A stretch of DNA of 64,000 nucleotides from Octopus sinensis (Eukaryota): positions 44,640,001 through 44,704,000 of the forward strand of contig NC_043007.1 in NCBI RefSeq assembly GCF_006345805.1, read 5' to 3'. Each line of letters begins with the position of its first letter. The first letter of the stretch is position 1. The translations under genes were made by a program, and so were the position numbers. The notes below the pieces were generated by a model. The model worked only from the letters and a program-made list of their open reading frames with translations, was not told where the DNA came from and did no database searches. Positions 1 to 12,509 of the stretch are shown one piece after another.

Positions 1-150
1 CCTTGACAGCTGGCGTTGGTGTGTTTATGTTCCTGTAATTTAGTGGTTTGGTAAAAGAGACCAACAGAATAAGTACCAGGCCTAAGAAAAAATAAGTACT
101 GGGGTCAATTCCTTCACCTAAAATTCTTGAAGGTGGTGTCCTAGCATGGG
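1..150 (+). mobile_element. SINE family A, 3' part (octopus tRNA-derived SINE, OK/OR-type; exact family name unverified)
   Basis: Matches the tail motifs of fuller copies at 2950-3330 and 13145-13610 (AGAATAAGTAC...AAGTACTGGGGTCAA...GGTG..CTAGCATGG). Confidence 0.7.
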
Positions 151-428
151 ACAATTGTTACTGTTGTTTAATGCCAGGAAACATCATTTCCTGCTGGCTA
201 TATGACACAATATCTGTGTCCTTATATTTTTGAACAGGGAGTCCAGAACTCCCATCCAGCACAAAGCAACATCTTTATCAACGCAGAGTAGCTGCTTGGC
301 TAGGTGGCATTCAAAAATATATAGTTTTCAAAGTGACACATAGGCACTGATCTAATAAATAGAAACATTGTTATTCCTAAATCTCTCAAAGAGAGATAGT
401 TAGTAGCATTTCTTTAGAGTAAAGTCTA

Positions 429-514
429 TTTGCCAACATAATGTGGTTGTCCTGGAAGGGATGATTGTTACTTATATTTTTGAACAGGGAGAACAGCCAC
501 ATTATGTTGGCAAA
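429..514. mobile_element. Short MITE with TTTGCCAAC... terminal inverted repeats, TA-flanked
   Basis: tttgccaacataatgtggttgt versus acagccacattatgttggcaaa form a 22-bp inverted repeat with 1 mismatch; TA on both sides. Confidence 0.75.
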
Positions 515-572
515 TAATCTTTACTTTAAGGAACTGTTACCGAATATCTCTGTGAGATTTAGAAATAATAAT

Positions 573-576
<4 letters not shown>

Positions 577-626
<50 letters not shown>

Positions 627-720
627 GAAAGGTTTGAAAATGAAACATCTTTAAGATTGCATTTTCAAACCTCCTTTCATATATATTTCCACTTGTGCAG
701 TACCTTACAACTTCACCTTG

Positions 721-776
<56 letters not shown>

Positions 777-866
777 TTAGAGATAAAACCACTATTATGC
801 AACTCAAATATATATATATATATATATATGATTTAAAAACCCCATATATATATGTGTGTGTGTGTG

Positions 867-941
<75 letters not shown>

Positions 942-953
942 GTATATATGTAA

Positions 954-1021
<68 letters not shown>
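577..1021. repeat. Cluster of (TA)n, (TG)n and (GA)n microsatellites
   Basis: Seen directly; accounts for the YIYI ORFs 465..836, 721..1101 and 804..989. Confidence 0.95.
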
Positions 1022-1022
<1 letters not shown>

Positions 1023-1854
1023 AAAGGAGAAAAAGTAGAGAATGAGAGAAGGAGGAATGTGTGTGTAGTGTCCAGTGTCTCTGTATGTTAATTACCATCA
1101 TTGTGGCTTCCAGAGAATTTTTATGATGAAGTTCATAGGAATTTCAATCATAACAATTTATATAATGATGGTCTGAAAAACTCAAAGTTCAAGTGTTATT
1201 TGTAAAATAATGTAATAGACTCCTGATAAATCACCTGTAACATTATTTCTCGTTCCTCACTTGAAACTATTAACAACACCACTTCTAGCTACTTAGGTTA
1301 CAGTAATTACTGAAATGTCAAAGATATATCAAATATTATGATGTCCATTGAGAATTAATAACCGTGTTAATTGTTTGTTGATTGGTACCCAAACTATACA
1401 GCTTTTCCTCTTCTTTATTTGTCATTTATTAGTTATTTTTATGAACTTGTATGAAGAGGTTACCTAAATTGTAGTTGTAAGCTGAAGTGTAATAGCTGTG
1501 AACTTGAAGTGTAGAGTCACTGACTACTTGGACATGAGTTCATTTCAAAGTTCAGCATCTGTTTTGTTGTGCTTTAGGGGTGGTGGAAAGTTCCAAGGGG
1601 TCATTGAAGAAAAGTGGGGTGATAATGAGGTAGAAATTCATATAAAAACATCAAAATAACAAGTCCACTAGCTTAAATTTTATTTGTGAAATACAGTTGC
1701 TTTGAATTTGCTTCAGAAAGAGATCTATGTTTGTGATGATTAGTTGGAGTGGGGATGCAAGTGATGCGGCCTGGCTGTCAAGGGAGCAGTAGCCTGAAAA
1801 AGTTTGGGAACCACTGCTTTAGCTTGTAATATGGGATGCCACATGCTATGACAC

Positions 1855-2040
1855 CTTCTGCGGATCCGTGGAATAAGCTGCCAGACGAGATAGTGAAGAT
1901 GCCGACGACTGCTTGATTCAAAGCCTCTCTTGATCAGAAATAGCCTGAACTTTTTGCATGAACACCCCTGTACATAACTCCATGCCCCCTACATGGCCTT
2001 GCTTTTTGCTTTTTGAGCCCAAAAATTAACTTAACTTAAC
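1855..2040 (+). mobile_element. CR1/L2-type LINE 3' end
   Basis: Translates as DPWNKLPDEIVKMPTTA*FKASLD (the WNxLP...FKxxLD C-terminal motif); ends in a (TTAAC)n tail. Confidence 0.65.
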
Positions 2041-2048
2041 ATTATATT

Positions 2049-2370
2049 GTTCTATTCAATGCACTCACCACTCTGTACTGTTCGCTTTAACAACCACACT
2101 GTACTGTTCATTATAACAGTCCCACTATACTGTTTACAATAGCAGTCATTCGGTATTGTTCACTGTAACATTTACACTGCATTTTTCACTATAGCACTGA
2201 CACTGTATTGTTCACAAGCAGATTGAACTGTTTACTGTTGCAGCTACATTGTATCGTGCACTTTAATAGTTACACAATATCATTCACTATAGCAACCACA
2301 TTGTACTGTTCACCATAACAACAGCATTGTACTGCTCATTCTAGTAGTCATACTATGCTGTTTGCTGCAA
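2049..2370. repeat. Degenerate 26-bp minisatellite, about 12 units
   Basis: GTACTGTT-like cores recur at 2075, 2101, 2127, 2153, 2179 and 2205, an exact 26-bp period. Confidence 0.8.
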
Positions 2371-2409
2371 TGAGAAGAAAATGTTGAGTATAAAGTTTAT
2401 TCCCAACAA

Positions 2410-2590
2410 CTGCCTGATATCTGGTGTTGGTTTGTTTATATCTCTGTAACCTAGCAGTTTGGCAAAAATGACTGATAGATTAAGTATCAGACTTAAAAAT
2501 AAGTGCTGGTGTTGATTATTGTATGACTAAATCCTTCAAAGTAGTGCTCCAGCATGGCTGCAAACCAATGACTGAGATAAGTAAAAAGGA
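2410..2590 (+). mobile_element. SINE family A, 3' part
   Basis: GTGCTCCAGCATGGCTGCA...TGACTGAGATAAGTAAAAG tail shared with other copies. Confidence 0.65.
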
Positions 2591-2771
2591 AAGCAATAAC
2601 AGATAAAAGAGTGATAAGGTGGGTGTGAGGTTTTATATACTGAAGTGTGGTAAGTGTTTGTAGGAGAGTGTTAGTGAATGGATGTGTGTGTGAATGAGTG
2701 AGCTAAAGAAAGAATGAATGGAGGACAGTGACGAAGGGTGACAAAGTAAAGGAGTGTCTGAGTGAGATCTG

Positions 2772-2812
<41 letters not shown>

Positions 2813-2860
2813 TAAATGAAAAGAATGGAGTCGAATGAAGATTTTAACAAATTCCTTTAC

Positions 2861-2941
2861 TTTCGACATATGTTTTGAAGACTGCATACTCTTAATTCCG
2901 AAGTAATGAAGGTTGCATTATGCTGTCTTCTCATCAGGAAA
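2861..2941 (-). ncRNA. Type-I hammerhead motif with long stem II and G12A substitution, in a PLE-terminus-like fragment (2809-2945)
   Basis: Minus strand: tttc-CTGATGA-GAAGAC[agcata...tatgca]GTCTTC-AAAAC-ATAT-GTC^gaaa. Stems I, II and III all pair; GAAA reads AAAA. Confidence 0.6.
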
Positions 2942-2949
2942 TATATATA

Positions 2950-3330
2950 GGTGCAGGAGTGGCTGTGTGGTAAGTAGTTTGCTTACCAACCACATGGTTC
3001 TGGGTTCATTCACACTGCGTGGCATCTTGGGCAAGTGTCTTCTACAATAGCTTTGGGCCAACCAAAGCCTTGTGAGTGGATTTGGTAGCTGGAAACTGAA
3101 AGAATCTCGTTGTGTATATGTATATATATATGCATGTGTGTATATATGTTTGTGTGTCTGTGTTTGTCCCCCCAACATCACTTGACAACCAAAGATGGTG
3201 TGTTTACATCTCCGTAACTTAGTGGTTCGGCAAAAAAGACCAATAGAATAAGTACTAGGCTTCAAAAGAATAAGTCCTGGGGGCAATTTACTTGACTAAA
3301 GGCGGTGCTCCAGCATGGCCACAGTCAAGG
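2950..3330 (+). mobile_element. SINE family A, full length
   Basis: tRNA-like head (TGGCTGTGTGGTAAG A-box-like, GGGTTCATTC B-box-like), central (TA/TG) tract and conserved tail. Confidence 0.85.
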
Positions 3331-4190
3331 TAAACAACATCCACCCATGAGTTACCATCAGCGACCCATGTGATGTCTTTAAGATAGTTGATCACAGCAG
3401 CTGGAGTTAGGGATAAATCCAAATTGCAAGGGCCAGAAAAGGCTGTAAGAATTCCAGAAGTTCCAGAATGTTTCTCTGACACAGGATTCCGTTAGTTTGG
3501 CAATGCAGCTAGTAAGACTGACTGGATGATAGTTGACAGGTGACATGTGGTCACTAGTGTAGCTAGGGGGTGGTAGGGGTGGTCCGCCTCAAGCGGTGCT
3601 TTTCACCCAGGTTGTAGACTATGACTGTATGCAATATGTGTTTTTGTGGGGTCTGGGGGGCAGCAAACGGAAGGGCCACCCTGGGCAGCACACACTCTAG
3701 CTACGCTAGTGCTTGCAGTCACCCTTTTTGAACAGAGAAATGACATTGGTAGGTTTCTACTACTCTGGAGTAGCACCATTGTTAAGACAGAACCGAAAGA
3801 AAAGTGAAAGCTGGTGCAGAAGAAAATATCCACCACATTTGAGAAGCAGGTATGTAACACCATCAAGATCAGGAGAGACACAGTAGCGCTTATTCTTAAG
3901 GTGATATCGCAGCATTGCAGGTGTAAATTCCATAGTTGTTATGGAATTTGGTGTCAGAGGTGGTGGAGATGGAACATTTTGGTTTTCAACAGTAACAATG
4001 CCTGCATAGCATTTAGCAATGAGTTTTGCACTTTCTTTGGGTGGTGATTGCGAAGAGGAGCAACTGGAGGGAGAGGTCTCTGCTTTAAACGTACATATTT
4101 CCAGAACACCTTACTGCCAGGGCTGGTTGCTATGCACTGCTTAAATTCAAGCGCTGCCCTCTTTGTTACCTGCTTGAGATGGTTGGATGA
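3331..4190 (-). pseudogene. CR1/Jockey-group LINE reverse transcriptase fragment (N-terminal half), interrupted by a MITE
   Basis: Minus-strand translation: KVFWKYVRLK...SPDLDGVTYLLLKCGG...NVISLFKKGD [MITE] PVNYHPVSLTSCIAKLTES...QFGFIPNSSC...VDVVYLD. Confidence 0.8.
3552..3711. mobile_element. 160-bp MITE inserted in the CR1-like RT
   Basis: CACTAGTGTAGCTAG...CTAGCTACGCTAGTG is a 15-bp inverted repeat with 1 mismatch. It splits the KKGD/NYxP motif. No clear TSD. Confidence 0.7.
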
Positions 4191-4439
4191 TTTATTGTGC
4201 TTTTCCCTATTTATATCTGATTTATGCAGTTTGTATTCCCATTCAGTGTTACAGCATTAGGATGTGTGCATATATGTGTGTATGTGTGTGCGTGTGTGCA
4301 CATATGTGTGTATGCATTCGCATGTGCATGTGTGTGTGTGTGTGTGTGTATTCACACAAATATTATCTCCTTACCCTTCTCTCTCTATACATTTGTATAT
4401 GTATGTGTACATATATGTATATTTATATATGTATGCATA

Positions 4440-4800
4440 TACACAGACCTGCGCGCATACACACACATATCCAAACCTACACACACATACCTCCTTCTCT
4501 TGCACTCTCCTGTCTTTCGAAGAACTTTTTCTTCATACATATCCAAACCTACACACACATACCTCCTTCTCTTGCACTCTCCTGTCTTTCGAAGAACTTT
4601 TTCTTCACCCACCTCTGTCTTCAGCGATTTTCTTTCTCCGTCTTCCCTTCTTTGGACTTTTTCTATATTTCTGATGAAGAGCTCCGCTCGAAACATGAAA
4701 TCCTCTTTCTTTCTTTCCTTTCCTGAGCGTCTAATAAGACTGTACATATTCCACGTCCTTGCGTTGTTGGTTTTTCTTGCTTGTTCATGTTTGGATTGAC
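4440..4800 (+). mobile_element. Solo Neptune-type PLE terminal repeat (pLTR) with damaged hammerhead
   Basis: Homologous to 57013-57309 (GAAGAGCTCCGCTCGAAAC...TTCCTGAGCGTC...TTCCACGTCCT...GTTTGGAT); ends at (TA)n; contains a 72-bp tandem duplication at 4466-4607. Confidence 0.75.
4667..4701 (+). ncRNA. Minimal hammerhead motif with degenerate cleavage site
   Basis: attt-CTGATGA-A-GAGC(TCC)GCTC-GAAAC-ATG-aaat. The core is intact, but position 17 is G and stem III is mismatched. Confidence 0.6.
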
Positions 4801-4801
4801 C

Positions 4802-4848
<47 letters not shown>

Positions 4849-4864
4849 GATATATATATTCTTT

Positions 4865-5280
4865 TATCTTTTTATTATTTTACTTGTTTCAGCCATTTGA
4901 CTGTGACCATGCTGGTGTACTGCCTTGAAGGGTTTTAGTCAAACAAATCAACCACAGGACTCAATTTTTAAAGCCTAGCAATGGTCTCATTTGCTGAACT
5001 GCTAAGTTAAGGGGACATAAACACAACAACATCAGTTGTCAAACAGTGATAAGAGGACAAACACAGACACTAAGACACACACACATATAAATGTATACAT
5101 ACATATACACACTCACATATATATAAATATGACAGGTTTCGTTCAGTTTCCATCTACCAAATACATTCACAAAACGTTGGTTAGCTTGAGGCTATAGTAG
5201 AGATACTTGCCCAAGGTACTACACAGTGGGACTGAATGCAGAACTATGTGGTTGGGAAGCAAGTTTCTTAGCACACAGCA

Positions 5281-5285
<5 letters not shown>
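4865..5285 (-). mobile_element. SINE family A
   Basis: Reverse complement of the family A head, body and tail. Confidence 0.8.
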
Positions 5286-5327
<42 letters not shown>

Positions 5328-5956
5328 TGTGTGTGTGTGTGTGTGCCACTGATACCCACCATACTCCCACTCATGCTTACCATTCACCGTAATCCCCTCC
5401 ACCTCTCACTCTCATTTGCAATCTCATAAACTCACCCATCCTCTTACCCTATCCAATTCTCAGTCTCCCCTCACTTCATACACATCCTTGTAGCTTGAGT
5501 ATATGCTTCCATAACATCTTCATCTTTTCTCCCTTCTCTCTCCCTCTCCATCTCCCCTTCTCTCTCTCTCTCTCCTTTCTGTCTCCTACAGAGGTAACCA
5601 TGAATCTCCTTTACAGCGAGAACACCTATTTCTCTCTTCTCATACTCTAACCTTTCATCTGAATCAAACAGCCTTCCTTAACACTACTCCTCCTGCCACT
5701 CAGTTAAGGGGGTCTTCTCTTGTAAATCATTTGATGATCTCACTGTTGCTGGTGCCACATAAAAAGTACCCAGTAGACTCTGTAAATTGGTTGGCGTTAG
5801 GAAGGGCAGAAGCCATAGAAACCACAGTAGAGCATGATGTCAGCACCTGTGAAACAGTGAAAAACATCCTAACATAAAAAATGAATGTTAAATGATGATA
5901 ATGATGATGATGATATATACACACACATACACTTGCACACACACACACACACATGC

Positions 5957-5987
<31 letters not shown>

Positions 5988-7039
5988 TGTATGTATGTAT
6001 GTATGTATATGTATATATACATTTATTGGCTAAACTGGCAAAATGACCATTCCTAAATACAACAATATATATATATATATATAATACTTTTCACAAGAAT
6101 ATAAATATACTGACCAATGATCTTTTACATCTACCTATACACTTTTTTAAACATCAAAGCAAAAGATAAACACATTTCTATAGTAACAAAAAAGACATGC
6201 TCAACTAATAACCTTCACATTCCAAATACAAACAAGAAATACTTTAAATAACATAAACATCAAGTAAAGAAACTTACTGATTGATTAAAACATACCACCT
6301 ACTTACATTCCTATGCAAACCCTTAAAAATTCTATTACCAACTAAGCTGACACACCCAATTACTAAGTTTTCAAATGCTAGACTAAACTTTGAATTTTGA
6401 ACCTTACATTGCGGAATCAAAGGATCAAATCCAATAAAACTAAAAATAACTAAAACTAGTGACACATCCATTGCCCACCTATTTACTTTTTATGAATCAC
6501 TAAAAAAATCCTACAACCTGAAGCTGACACACCTAAATATACACACCTGTTTAGAAAGTTTTACATGCATGAATAAGTTTTGAACAAAAACATAACCTCA
6601 AATTTAATAAATGAAAAATTCTCCACAACACCTCTCCATCACAACCCACCCTACAACCTAACTACTGTTCAAATTAACCCCCACAAGCCCTCCAAAAGTG
6701 CTACCTCAACAGAGACTGTATAAAACCAAGATTAACTTAATGCATTATGGATTAGCTGGCTTTTTAACCACATAGCCATGTTTATGAACCTTCTACATTT
6801 TTCTATATGCTGCCTTTTCAGTTTTTTCATGTTTCTTTTCCTATTCAATATTTTTTAGTTTGTTATGATATGGAGTTTGAGCCTGATGGATATGTTTAAG
6901 ATATTTCTCAACATATGAAACTTATAGTAGCACTTAAAGACATGTTTTGTGTTTTTAAATAAATAATACTTATCTCTCCCAAGATGGAGTACATTTTTGT
7001 TGAATTTTCTGTCACACAACAGTATATTATATATATATA

Positions 7040-7325
7040 CAGTGGCAGACTGGCCAATTTGCCAGCTTGCCTGATAGCAAGTGGGCCCCTAAGCCATTAG
7101 AATCCATATATGGGGGCCATGTTAGTATCTAAGGGGTCCATCCCCTTGAGTTTGAGAACTTTTTATTCACTTCTAGAAGAATGCATTAATTATTTCAGCC
7201 GTGATTGTAGACAGTTGAAAAGAATACTTTTAACAAAAAAACCCAATAAAATGATAGCATTGTAGTTGCGGGTGGGTCCCCTTAGTCTCCAGGCAACCAA
7301 TATTTTTAGACCTAGTCAACCACTG
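7040..7325. mobile_element. TA-flanked MITE with degenerate CAGTGG... TIRs
   Basis: TA|CAGTGGCAGACTGG...CTAGTCAACCACTG|TA. Confidence 0.55.
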
Positions 7326-7397
7326 TATGTATATATATATATACATATATATATATAAGAACAGTCCATTATACATATGTGTGTATGTATATATATA

Positions 7398-7461
<64 letters not shown>

Positions 7462-7869
7462 TATAGATATATATACACACACATATGTATATATAAAAGA
7501 TGGAGGTGGAAATATCACAAGACATTTAATAAAAAATTTAATAAAAATTTAATAAAAAATTATATAAAGAAAACATTACCGGTTTTGTTGTCTCTTATGA
7601 AATATCAGTAAAATTTTTTTTTAATTTGAAGTAAAAACAGTTTATCTTTTGTCAGGGGTCAAGAACATGTCTGGAGATTTTTCGTTGAAGCCTTCTTTAA
7701 ATATAGTTTGGGATAGAGTTCAAAGTGCTAGGGAGTGAGAAAAGGGGCGTCTATTGTCTAAAAGAAATCTTTGTATGTTCCTATCAAGGGAGTGGCTAAA
7801 AAGCATTAATTGAATGGGTTTTATATCTACATGTATGACTCTGTGTTTGTGTGTGTATGAATGTACATG

Positions 7870-7962
<93 letters not shown>

Positions 7963-9139
7963 TGAGGCAGCTAGTTAGCAGTGTTTCACCAAAAAGAGTC
8001 ACAATATGACTGAGTTAAAGGGCTCTATTGCTGCTGTCAACACACATATAATTATATACATACATGCTGACAGTGACCGTAGAGGGCCAGAAATTGGCAA
8101 CTGTAACATCCCTTTACTGTATGGTTTCAGCTTTAGGCCGAAGCATCCTCAGATGGGTCGGTATAGTTCACTTCTTTCTGGACAGCCAATCTATGAGCAT
8201 ACATGTGTACTCCATATATATATATTGAAGAAAGAGAACCTTTTAGCATAGGTACAAGGCTATTTTTGTATTGATTTATGGTAGCTGATGTAATTTATTC
8301 AAGTACATGGCAGAACTCTACTGGGTTAGTCCCAGGTTAATCTTAATTGATTAGGACTAAACTGGGATTAAAAATGACAGCAACAACCACTGGTATTTAT
8401 TCAACTCTTGCCAAAAGAAAGTCATGGTGACTGCGCAAAGTTTTGAACTCAAAACATAAAGAGAGATAACTAAATATTCAGGTTATTTGTCTTATTGCGC
8501 TGCCATTTCTGCTACCGTGACACCTTTGAACCAACTTTTCCTTTCTTTCCTTTTCTTTCATTAAACAATGATAATAATAACAAAGACATTTCTGTTTCTA
8601 CGTAAACAACATTTCGTAATAAGTTGATCTTGTTTCTCACAGAAATGTTTCACACATCGTACAATAGCTCTGAAATATATCAACAACAATAGTTTCATAT
8701 TTTATGCTTGTTGAACTGGATAAGAAACCCAAGAGGAAAATCATAAGATTGAAATGTTATTTTTTGTTTGTTTACTTTTTACAAAACCTTTTCTCTAAAA
8801 TACATAGCATTGTATACCACTCCGTGTCATCTGGGGATGAAATCAGTTCTTCTGGCACCTATTCCTTTACTAAACGGAACATTCACAATTCTTCTTTTCA
8901 CATTTCTTTTACTTCTATAACAACAATTTCACAGGTGAAATTACTGTTGTTCAGGTTCTGTAAAGGACATGATCAGGCAAATTTATAATCAAAGCATTTG
9001 AGCTTTGATTGTGCGCTTAAGAAGTTTGCTTTCTTCACACATTGATCTGCATAGCAGCTTGAGCCATAGCTCTGGGCTGACTAGAGTTATATGAGTATGT
9101 ATGTATGTATGTATGTATGTATGTATGTATGTATGTATG

Positions 9140-9345
9140 TATGCATTCTTTACTTGTCTCAGCCATTTGACTGTGGCCACGCTGGAGCACCACCTTTAGT
9201 TGAACAAATCGACCCCAAGACTTATTCTTTGTAAGCCTAGTACTTATTCTATAGGTCTCTTTTGCCGAATCGCTAAGTAACGGAAACGTGAACACACCAA
9301 CATCGGTTGTCAAGCAACGGTGAGGATCAAATACACACACAAACA

Positions 9346-9425
<80 letters not shown>

Positions 9426-9562
9426 GATGGGCTTCTTTCAGTTTCCATCTACCAAATCCACTCACAAGGCTTTGGTTGGCCTGAGGCTATAGCAGAAGAC
9501 ACTTGCCCAAGTTGCCACGCAGTGGGACTGAACCCGGAGCCATGTGGTTGGTAAGCAAGCTC
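9140..9562 (-). mobile_element. SINE family A
   Basis: Well-conserved reverse-complement copy; head truncated near 9562. Confidence 0.85.
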
Positions 9563-10075
9563 ATAGGTAGATAATTCATATTCGTATTTGTTGCCATGGT
9601 AGTAGTAGGATTCAGAGAAGAAGTTTCGTGGGAATATTGAATTCACAAGCGGTCTCCGACATCTCGCATGCATATCCCGAGTGGCAGGACGCCCTGTTTG
9701 CCATGGAGTCTCCACAGATGCAGGGACAGAACGACCTTGAAGCCACCGGTTGCCGATCAGACGCTTCTTGGAATTTTCACCAATTACTAAGTTTTCAAAT
9801 GCTAGCATATGTTGGCCAGGCTGCGGCCCTAATACCACTCAGTACCAGACCAATCCGCCTTGGGTGGCCCTATCAGGAACCAAAGTTCTCAACGGCATAG
9901 CTCTGACACTGCCCGTTTGCACCACCCTACTGCTTTGAGGAGGGGTTGGACTCTCTCATTAGACAGAGGGCATCACTAATACTTCTTATACTACATAAAA
10001 TGCTGATGAAAATCTAAATACAATGTGGATTATATTTTGAAACTCTAGTTGATCAATACTAACAATATCTAGCAT

Positions 10076-10278
10076 AATGTCGGGCGAAATGCTTAGCGGT
10101 ATTTTGTCTGCCGTTATGTTCTTAGTTCAAATTCCACCAAGGTTGACTTTGCCTTTCATCCTTTCAGTGTTGATTAAATAAGTACTTGGTTATGCACTGG
10201 GGTCAATGCAATCAACTTGATCGCTTTGTTCTTGTTTTTCTCCTCTATGTTAAGTCCACTGTGGACAATAAAGAAATA
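10076..10278 (+). mobile_element. SINE family B (GGGCGAAATGCTTAGCGGTATT...AGTTCAAATTCC...CTTTGCCTTTCATCCTTT)
   Basis: Same family recurs at about 16480, 17170, 20210, 21750(-), 45310(-) and 47210. Confidence 0.8.
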
Positions 10279-10289
10279 AATATCTCTTA

Positions 10290-10530
10290 CTCAGGGTCTT
10301 GGTCCTCTTAGGACTTAGGCCATCAATCGCCTTTCTCTACTCATCTTTATACTGGGTCTTCTTTTCTAATCGCACCCAGTTCTGTCCAAATCATCACATT
10401 TTGTTCTCCAGGTTATGTTGCCAGGACTTTCATGTCCTTCCTGCTTTCCTTTTACTCTAAGGGTTTCCATTTGAGGGACTACTCAGACATACTGTGCTGG
10501 GAGATTCTGAATATTGGCAACTAACTGAAA
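10290..10530 (-). mobile_element. RTE LINE 3' fragment (degraded)
   Basis: Minus-strand remnants resemble the WKPxGKR..GRP..TWR and ...KAIDGL C-terminus of RTE. Confidence 0.45.
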
Positions 10531-11477
10531 ATATGTACACACACTCACGTTTCACTTAGCCATAACTTTCAAATATATCTTTTTATATAAGGGTTTTCCT
10601 TATAATGTTAGAGTTATCTTGATATCATGCAGCATGGTAAATGTGAACCATTTTAGCAAATGAACTTATTGATTGAGTCAATGGTGAAAATCACTAGATG
10701 CCGAGTAGATGAACAGACTGTCAATTGCCAGGATCAACCAGTTCAGTCAGTAGAACCATCGACTATGAGCTGTAGTCGTGGCATACAGAGATGAGGGGTT
10801 TAAATATCAAATGTCTAATATGACTAAAGCTCAAGCTAGACATTCATATAGCATCACTCATCAAGTAAATTTTTGACTCAATCCCCAGATTTTGATATTT
10901 GGTCAATTTATGTCTGGGCAAGTCGCCTGCCTGGACGATGATGATGATGAGTCATTCACCTGTGGCCATTCTGGGGCCTTAGAGGGCTTTGTCAATCAAA
11001 TTGGCTTCTGTAGGATTTTATATTTTCTAAGTCTGCTACTTATTCTATTGGTCACTTTTGCCAAACTGCTAAATTATGTGAACATAAACAAACCAACACT
11101 GGTTGTCAAACAATAGGGCAGACAAATTCAAAGAACACATACTTGTACATCATCATCATAATTATCATCTTCATTTTTAACATTTACTTTTCCATGCTCT
11201 CATGGGTTGGATGGAGTTTATCGAGGCAGATTTTTCTACAGCTAGATGCCCTTCCTGTTGCCAGCCTTTATCTGTTTCCCAGCAAGGTAATGTTTTCCCA
11301 TTGTCAGATATGTTTTCATAGACTATTGGAAATGAATGTCACAACTTGTATGGTAGTTATACTTGTTTGTATGCAATGTCAAGACAAGGACACACACACA
11401 CACACACACACACAATGGGTTTCTTTCAATTGCCATCTGCCAAATCCACTCACATGGGTTTGGTTAGCCTTGTGCGC

Positions 11478-12348
11478 AGATGATTGCCACTGGGAAAATT
11501 TCACAAGGAATTATAAATGGAATAAACGTTTATATGTAATGTCTCTATATCATATTTTTGTATATTTTCTATACACAAAAATACACCCAACAACCTGGCC
11601 AACAGCAATTTACTAATAAACTTAAGCTACGACATTCTTGCTAATTTCAAAATAATTTTTTTTTGCTTTAAAACTGTTCAAATTAAGACCCATAATGGCA
11701 CATGTGGTAAAAATTGAACATGGAAGGGATATATTTGTTGATGAATTGTAATACATGTATCATAAACACAGTGAAAATAAGAGTGGCACAATTATTTATC
11801 GGGAATGTTCTCAAAGAAAGCAAATGAAATACAGAGCAAGATTACACCGGAAGGCATTACTAGAGAATATTGAAATTTTAAAGTATGTTAATGAGTACTG
11901 TCACTCTGCGACTAAGGATGTAGTTGACGCCAAAATTTCGCTAGCAACTTTAAAAGCCTTTTCTGCAACATATCATCAATCCAGTCACTTATTGGTATTT
12001 CAAGTGGTTGTTACCTTAGATGAAGCTTTCTCAATTACCTTCTGTAAGTAGCATAAGCAGAAATGTTTGAAAATGGAGGCAGAAAAATGTTAATTTTCCA
12101 GCTGTTCCACTATCATGTACAGGATAATCCATACCACAAAAATTTACTGTTCTTGTCTCTGGAGAATGGTTTCTTCAATATGATTCTGGAGTTAATGATG
12201 CAAAATGGTAATGCTTCCACTTGGGCAGTGCTCCCAGTGGCAAAACTATAAACAAACTTGCATATGCTCCCAGTGGCAATATTCACACATAGGTAATGTT
12301 TCGAGTGGTAATTATCCTAGTGGAAATTTTCCCAGTGGCAATTATCCT
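11478..12348 (+). mobile_element. Non-autonomous MULE-like DNA transposon with FLYWCH-like relic, inserted in a family A SINE
   Basis: Perfect 20-bp inverted repeat ATTGCCACTGGGAAAATTTC (11483-11502 / 12323-12342). ORF 11755-12051 (YHKHSENKSGTIIYRECSQRKQMKYRARLH...VNEYCH) resembles a mutated FLYWCH finger. SINE halves lie on both sides. Confidence 0.65.
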
Positions 12349-12456
12349 GACCTGGGGCTGTAGAAGACATTTGCCCAAAGTGGCACACAGTGGGACAGAA
12401 TCCAGAACCATGGGAACTAAACCTTTTAACCACACAGCCACACATACTTACACACG

Positions 12457-12509
<53 letters not shown>

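Noticed and set aside
2049-2370. CRISPR-like array
   Set aside because: Contiguous degenerate tandem units without unique spacers, in a eukaryotic context with no cas genes.
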